A stretch of DNA of 64,000 bases, taken from assembly GCA_009914755.4 (NCBI GenBank), contig CP068257.2, positions 5,696,001-5,760,000 of the forward strand, read 5' to 3'. Below are positions 57,640 through 64,000 of this stretch, piece after piece (the stretch's first letter is position 1; each line of letters opens with the position of its first letter). This stretch comes from the human T2T-CHM13v2.0 reference genome, Homo sapiens. The notes below the pieces were generated by a model that ran no database searches, was not told the DNA's origin, and worked only from the letters and a program-made list of their open reading frames with translations. The translations under genes were made by a program, and so were the position numbers.

Positions 57640-58200
57640 ACATGAGGGTTGGTAACCGGGTCCCTCAGTGGCAGGACAGGAGCGCGGCCTGCAGACTCCG
57701 GGCCCAGGGCCACCAGCCTCGCCTACCCACTCCTGCGCCTCTGGAACCCGCTTCACTGCTGGGACCCCACGTCTGTCCTCCCAGCCCCCGCCAGGGTCCA
57801 CGGCCCGCAAATGCACGTCAGGCCCCTCCTGCCCGCGATGCGCCCACGCGTCTGCCCCCACAAATGGGGAACACTGGTCTGGCCCCCCGGGATCCCCCGA
57901 GGCCCACAGGTTCCTCTTCGCCCTCGCACCTACCTACAGGGACATAGAACCAAGCCCCAGGCCTGCTCAGCTACACGACCGCCGCTGGGATCCGCACTTC
58001 CGGAGGAAAATGGCGAAGTGGGCGGGGCGGCGCATGCGCAGAGAGAAAAGCTGGTTCCCAAGGTCCTTGATGGTAACATCATTGGAAGGTGACACTACAT
58101 TTCCTATGAGGCTCTGCGGTCCCCCGTTAGGAACGCACGCCGGACATTCTGTTTTGCCCAGCAGTGAGTCCAGTTACCCGGAGACCCGGAGTTAATGGAT
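57640..58200. promoter_or_regulatory. Orphan CpG island with housekeeping-promoter motifs: ETS/GABP acttccgg (57995-58002), SP1 gggcgggg (58019-58026), NRF1 palindrome gcgcatgcgc (58030-58039).
   Basis: ...ccgctgggatccgcacttccggaggaaaatggcgaagtgggcggggcggcgcatgcgcagagagaaaag... lies within a CpG-dense stretch. No recognisable coding exon is attached. Confidence 0.5.
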
Positions 58201-58334
58201 CAGGACTGGTCCCTACCCACGTGACACAGATGTGGCATTCTGGTTCGTTATTAAATCCTGGTTTCACAGCCTGGGACATTGTGAAAATAATGGAGAAATT
58301 CCAATAGAAACCAATTGGTCTATGCTGTTAATGA

Positions 58335-58633
<299 letters not shown>

Positions 58634-60569
58634 TCAAGTCTATTTTTCATAGATGCATTCGAAAGCATGAAAAAAATCATGTCTCTATTTTACTTTAAAT
58701 TTTTAAAAACACAACTAATGAATATGGTAATTCTCTTCCAATCTGTTATCTTTTATCTCACGAAACTAATTTGTGAGCTTTCAATTTACACAGTTAGAAA
58801 AAAATGCTCTAGTGTATATACTAGGATAAAATAACAGGGTCATAAGACAAGTGCACTCCATAATCTTTGTGACAACTTACACTTCCAGTGTCTGATGAAC
58901 ATTTGCCCATAAACTCCCACGTTTCATCCATCCATCCATCAATCAAATCTACCTATCTTTATTTATTTATTGTGCGAAATACCTGAACTTTGCCTTTCCT
59001 TCCCTGATTTCTGCCACAAACTAGGCAAGGAGTTCTGCCTAGGGGTTTTTCAGAGCTCCGGCTACCACCGAGGTTCCTAACAGGGAAATTCCCAGCTTGA
59101 ATGCTTGGGGTTGATGTGGGAGTGCGTGTGAAACGGGTGTGGGGTGAAAGGGCAGTGAACTTTGTAGGTGGGTAGATGGGGGTGTGAAGGGCTTTCAGGT
59201 AAGAGGCACAGAGGAAACTGGGAGAGGCAGCGAAAGCACTTCACGCCTCAGATCACCAGAAGATGCTCCCACCAGCACCATGACAGTTTGCCAGTGCCAT
59301 GGCAACACAGGAAGTCCCCACCCCTTGCCATGGAAACAGCTGGAAGTTACTGCCCATTTCTAGCTATTTCTGAGTAACCCGCCCCTTAATTAGCATGTCA
59401 TTAAAAGTGAATTATAAAAATGACTACAAGCCACCCCTAGGCTGCTACTCTGGGAGCACAACCCACAGAGGGCTCCCTGCCCTGCAGGAGCGGACGCAGG
59501 GCTGTAACACCGCCAATGCCTCCATAGAGCTGCTTTATTCCACCACAGGCTTGCTTTTGGATTCCTTCCTGAGCGACGCCAAGAACCTGCCCTTCCTCAG
59601 TGTGACTCTTGCCTAAAATCTATCCCTGGTTTTCTCTTTTCCTAAGCATGCCCTGACTTGTTCTTTCATCTCCTCTGAACTTGCAATTGCTCCTCAGTGA
59701 CTCTATTCTGCAGATCCAGAAAACTCAACCTTAATCTTCCCAGAGCCCTGTTGTCTCCAATATTGGAATATCTAGCCTTGCTTTCTCAGACGCCTAGATT
59801 ACAGGCCTCTCTCTTGAACACCTATTGGTAAGGTATCCGGGGATCCTTTAAATACACGATGATTGGCAGGGTTTACATAGGGGAAATCAGTGCCTGACAA
59901 TTTGCCTTCCAGGATATGGATTGTCATTCCCTCTCTTTGTGGGCCCCAGTCTCCTATACATAAAAGTAGAGATTGTAATACTCATTTGACTTGCAGATAC
60001 CTCACCCCGAACCCACCTACTATAATGTAAAAGCCAAGAATGCAAACCCTTTCCTCACCCCGTGAAGGTAAAGTCCTCAGAGCCAAGGAGAGAAGGCTCA
60101 GGGATGGTACCTGGGTGTTTCCAACACTAACCATGCATTGTAGTTTTTAGTGTTCAAGTTTAAGCTTCTTATGTTAAAGTTACCCCAGCTTTAATTATAT
60201 TGTAACAAGATTTATTTTTGTAATTCCATTTTTGGATTCTTGATTTCTTGGTAAAGAAATACAGTTATTTTTGTATACCAATCTTATATAGTGTTACATT
60301 CCAAAATTTGTTCATGAGTCCTAACACTTTTTAGTAAATTTCTTATGATTTTCTAAATGCAAGATCATGTCATCTGTACATAAAGATAACTGTACTTCTT
60401 CCTTTCCAATCTAGATGCCGTTTATTTATTTACATTGCCAAGTTGTCCCAGCTACCACTGTTATCAAGTAAAAGGGTCTCACTACCCAAAGCTCTAGAAG
60501 CCAGTAACATGACACTGAGTTTTTGAGAAGAGAAAAACTTTAAAGTTAAACCAAAACCTATGGGATACA

Positions 60570-60885
60570 GGCCAGGCGCAGTGGCTCATGCCTGTAATCC
60601 CAGCACTTTGGGAGGCCGAGTTGGGTGGATCACAAGGTCAGGAGATCGAGACCATCCTGGCTAACACGGTGAAACCCCGTCTCTACTAAAAATACAAAAA
60701 ACAAAAATTAGCTGGGCATGGTGGCAGGCACCTGTAGTCCCAGCTACTCGGCTGAGGCAGGAGAATGGCATGAACCCAGAAGGCAGAGCTTGTAGTAAGC
60801 CAAGATTGCACCACTGCACTCCAGCCTGGGCAACAGAGAGAGACTCCGTCTCCAAAAATAAACAAAAACAAGAAAACAAAAAACA
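60570..60885 (+). mobile_element. Alu nested in the L1, with a 17-bp TSD aaacctatgggatacag.
   Basis: TSD at 60553-60569 and 60886-60902. Body: ggccaggcgcagtggctcatgcctgtaatcccagcactttgggaggccgag.... Confidence 0.9.
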
Positions 60886-61308
60886 AACCTATGGGATACA
60901 GTAAAAACAGTACTAAGGAGTAAGTTTATAGCAAAAAGCACCTACATCAAAAAAAGTAGAAAAACTTCAAATAAACAACCTAATAATGCATCTTAAATAG
61001 TTAGAAAAGCAAGAGCAAACCAAAACCAAAATTAGTAGAAGGAAACATAACAAAGATCAGAGCAGAAATAAATGAAATTGAAATTTAAAAATATAAAATA
61101 TCAATGAAATGAAAAGTTAATATTTTTTTAAAAGATCAACAAAATCAACAAACATTTAGCCAGACTAAGAGAAAAGAGAGAAGACTCAAATACATAAAAC
61201 CAGAGATTAAAAAGGAGACACTGCAACTGATACTGCAGAAATTCAAGTAATCATTAGAAACTATTATGACCAACTATATTCCAATAAATTGAAAAACCTG
61301 CAAGTCAT

Positions 61309-61669
<361 letters not shown>

Positions 61670-62984
61670 CTAGCAAAGAAAAACCTGGATCCAATGGCTT
61701 CACTGATTAATTTTACCAAACATTGAAGGAAGAATTACTATCAATCCTACTCAAACTATTCCAAAAAACAGAGAAGTCTGTAATATTTCCAAAATCATTT
61801 TATGTAAAAGACCATTCATCGTGTCTAAGTGGGATTCATCCCAAGGATGCCAACATGGTTCAACATATGCAAATCAATCAATGTGACACATCATATCAAC
61901 AGAATGAAGGACAAAAAACATATGATAATTTCAATTGATGCTGAAAAGCATTTAATAAAATCCAACTTCCCTGTGATAAAAAGAAACCCCCAAAAAAACT
62001 AGATTTAGAAGGAACATACCACAACACAATAAAAACCATATGCAACAAACCCTCAGCCAGTATCATCCTGAACAGAGATAACCTGAAAGCCTTTCTTCTA
62101 AGATCTGGAACAAGGCAAGAATGTCCACTTCCAACAATGTTACTCAACATAGTACTGGAAGTCCTAGCTAGAGCAATCAAGAAAATTGAAAAACAGTAAA
62201 GGGCATCCAAATTGAAAGAAGTAAAATTATTATTGTTTTCTTGTTTGCAGGTGATTTGATCTTATATTTGGAAAAACCTAAGAACTCCACCAAAAAACTA
62301 TCAGAACTGATCAACAAATTCAGTCACACGATACAAAATCAAAATGAAAAAATCAGTAACATTTCTAAATGCCAAAACTGAACAATCTAAAGAAGAAAAT
62401 CAAGAACGTAATCCCATTTACAATAGCTACAAATAAAATAAAATATCTAGGAATAAATGTAACAAAAGAAGTGAAAGATCTCTACGATGAAAACTATAGA
62501 ACACCAATGCAAAAAAATTAAAGAAGACACCAAAAAAAAAAATGGAAAGATAGTCCATGTTCATTGATTGGAAGAGTAAATATTGTTAAAATACACATAC
62601 TTCACAAAGCAATCTACAGACCCAATGCAATCCCTATTGAAATACTAATAACATTCTTCACAGAAACAGAAAAAAAATCCTAAAATTTATATGAAATCAT
62701 AAAAGACCCAGAATACCCAAAGCCATCCGTAGCAAAAAGAACAAAACTGGAAGAATCACATCACCTGACGTTAAATTATACTACAGAGCAATTGTAAGCT
62801 AAACAGCATGGTACTGGCATAAAACAGACACATAGACCAATGGAACAGAATAGAGAACCCAGAAATAAATCCTTACATTTACAACTAACTCATTTTCAAT
62901 GAAGGTGCCAAGAATATACATGGGGGAGAGGACAGTCTCTTCACCAAATTGTGCTGGGAAAACTAGATATTCATTGGCAGAATT

Positions 62985-63242
62985 TTTTTTTTTTTGAGAT
63001 GGAGTCTAGCTCTGTTGCTCAGGCTGCAGTGCAGTGGCGCGATCTGGGCTCACTGCAAGCTCCACCTCCCGGGTTCACACCATTCTCCTCCTCAGCCTCC
63101 CAAGTAGCTGGGAGTACAAATGCCCCCACCATGCCCAGCTATTTTTTTTTTTGTATTTTTAGTAGAGACGGAGTTTCACCGTGTTAGCCAGGATGTTCTT
63201 GATATCCTGCCCTCATGATCTGCCCACCTCAGCCTCCCAAAG
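62985..63242 (-). mobile_element. Alu (antisense, truncated) nested in the L1, with TSD tcattggcagaat.
   Basis: TSD at 62970-62982 and 63243-63255. Body: tttttttttttttgagatggagtctagctctgttgctcaggctgcagtgcagtggcgcgatctgggctcactgcaagc.... Confidence 0.9.
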
Positions 63243-63667
63243 TCATTGGCAGAATAATTAAACTAGAACCCTCTCTTGTGCTATATACAAAAATCAAATC
63301 CAAATGGGTTAAAGACTTAAATCAAGGACAAGAAACTACTGAAAGAAAACATTAGGGAAACTCTCCAGGAAATTGGTCTGGGCACAGATTTCTTGAGTAA
63401 TACTCCAAAAGCTCAGGCAACCAAAGCAAAAATGAACAAATGGTATCACATGAAGTTCAAAAGTTTCTGCATAGTAAAGAAAACAATGGACAAAGTGAAA
63501 AGACAATCCATAGAATGGAAGAAAATATTTGCAAACTATATATCTGACAAGGGATTAATAACCAGAATATATAAGGAGTTCAAACAACTCTATAAGAAAA
63601 AAACTAATAATCCAATTATTTAAATGGGCAAAAAATCTGAACAGACATTTCTCAAAAGAAGGCATGC

Positions 63668-63935
63668 AGGTATGGCGCAGTGGCTCACACCTGTAATTCC
63701 AGCATTTTGGGGAGCCAAGACAGTTGGACCACTTGAGCCCAGGAGTTCAAGACCAACCTGAAAAACATAGCAAATAATTTTAAAACCTACCTGGGCATGG
63801 TGATGCATGCCTGTGGTCCCAGCTACTCAGGAGGCTGAGGTGGGAGGATTGCTTGAACCCTGGTAGTCATAACTACAGTAAGCCATCATTATACCACTGC
63901 ACTCCAGCCTGGGTGACAGAGTGAGACACTGTCTC
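63668..63935 (+). mobile_element. Alu (older) nested in the L1.
   Basis: ggtatggcgcagtggctcacacctgtaattccagcattttggggagccaagacagttggaccacttgagcccaggagttcaagacc.... Confidence 0.85.
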
Positions 63936-64000
63936 AAAAAATGAGCAAAAACAAAAAAGAAGATATATAAATGTCAAATAGGTATATGAAAAGATGCTCA

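Overview
This window is primate (human-type) nuclear DNA, not a prokaryotic locus. About half is interspersed repeat: roughly 29 Alu elements, many with visible target-site duplications; several L1 fragments on both strands, including an ORF2-bearing L1 with four nested Alus at 60.5-64 kb; a Tigger1-like pogo DNA transposon; and THE1/MST-type MaLR LTR pieces. Two gene-family members sit head-to-head about 14.6 kb apart. On the minus strand at 1345-1859 there is a tektin-4 (TEKT4)-like first coding exon that looks like a pseudogene: the canonical start is lost and an out-of-frame deletion is present. On the plus strand at 16438-16640 there is an intact ANKRD20A-family exon 1 (MKLFGFGSRRSQTANGSIEHVYTGSGYRIWDSELQKIHRAAVKGDAAGVERCLARRSGDLDALDKQHR, then a GT donor), preceded by a CpG-rich, internally duplicated promoter region. 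I found no downstream ANKRD20A exons in the window. Between and downstream of these lie tandem arrays: a ~635-bp unit repeated 3 times with internal 33-nt inverted repeats (19.0-21.1 kb); a 17-bp minisatellite (23.4-24.3 kb); and a ~4.2-kb array of a 48-bp satellite (24.64-28.8 kb, about 87 units; possibly the pericentromeric CER-type 48-bp satellite) nested in a split MaLR LTR. There are also 39-, 42-, 57- and 61-bp minisatellites, two orphan GC-rich/CpG blocks (11.3-12.2 kb, and 57.6-58.2 kb carrying NRF1/ETS/SP1 promoter motifs), and a pair of LTR-like direct repeats 7.2 kb apart. Overall this looks like a pericentromeric or segmentally duplicated region. The long ORFs in the track are almost all translations of tandem repeats, GC-rich DNA or transposon remnants. 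I see no novel protein-coding system, but several repeat and regulatory structures deserve a second look.
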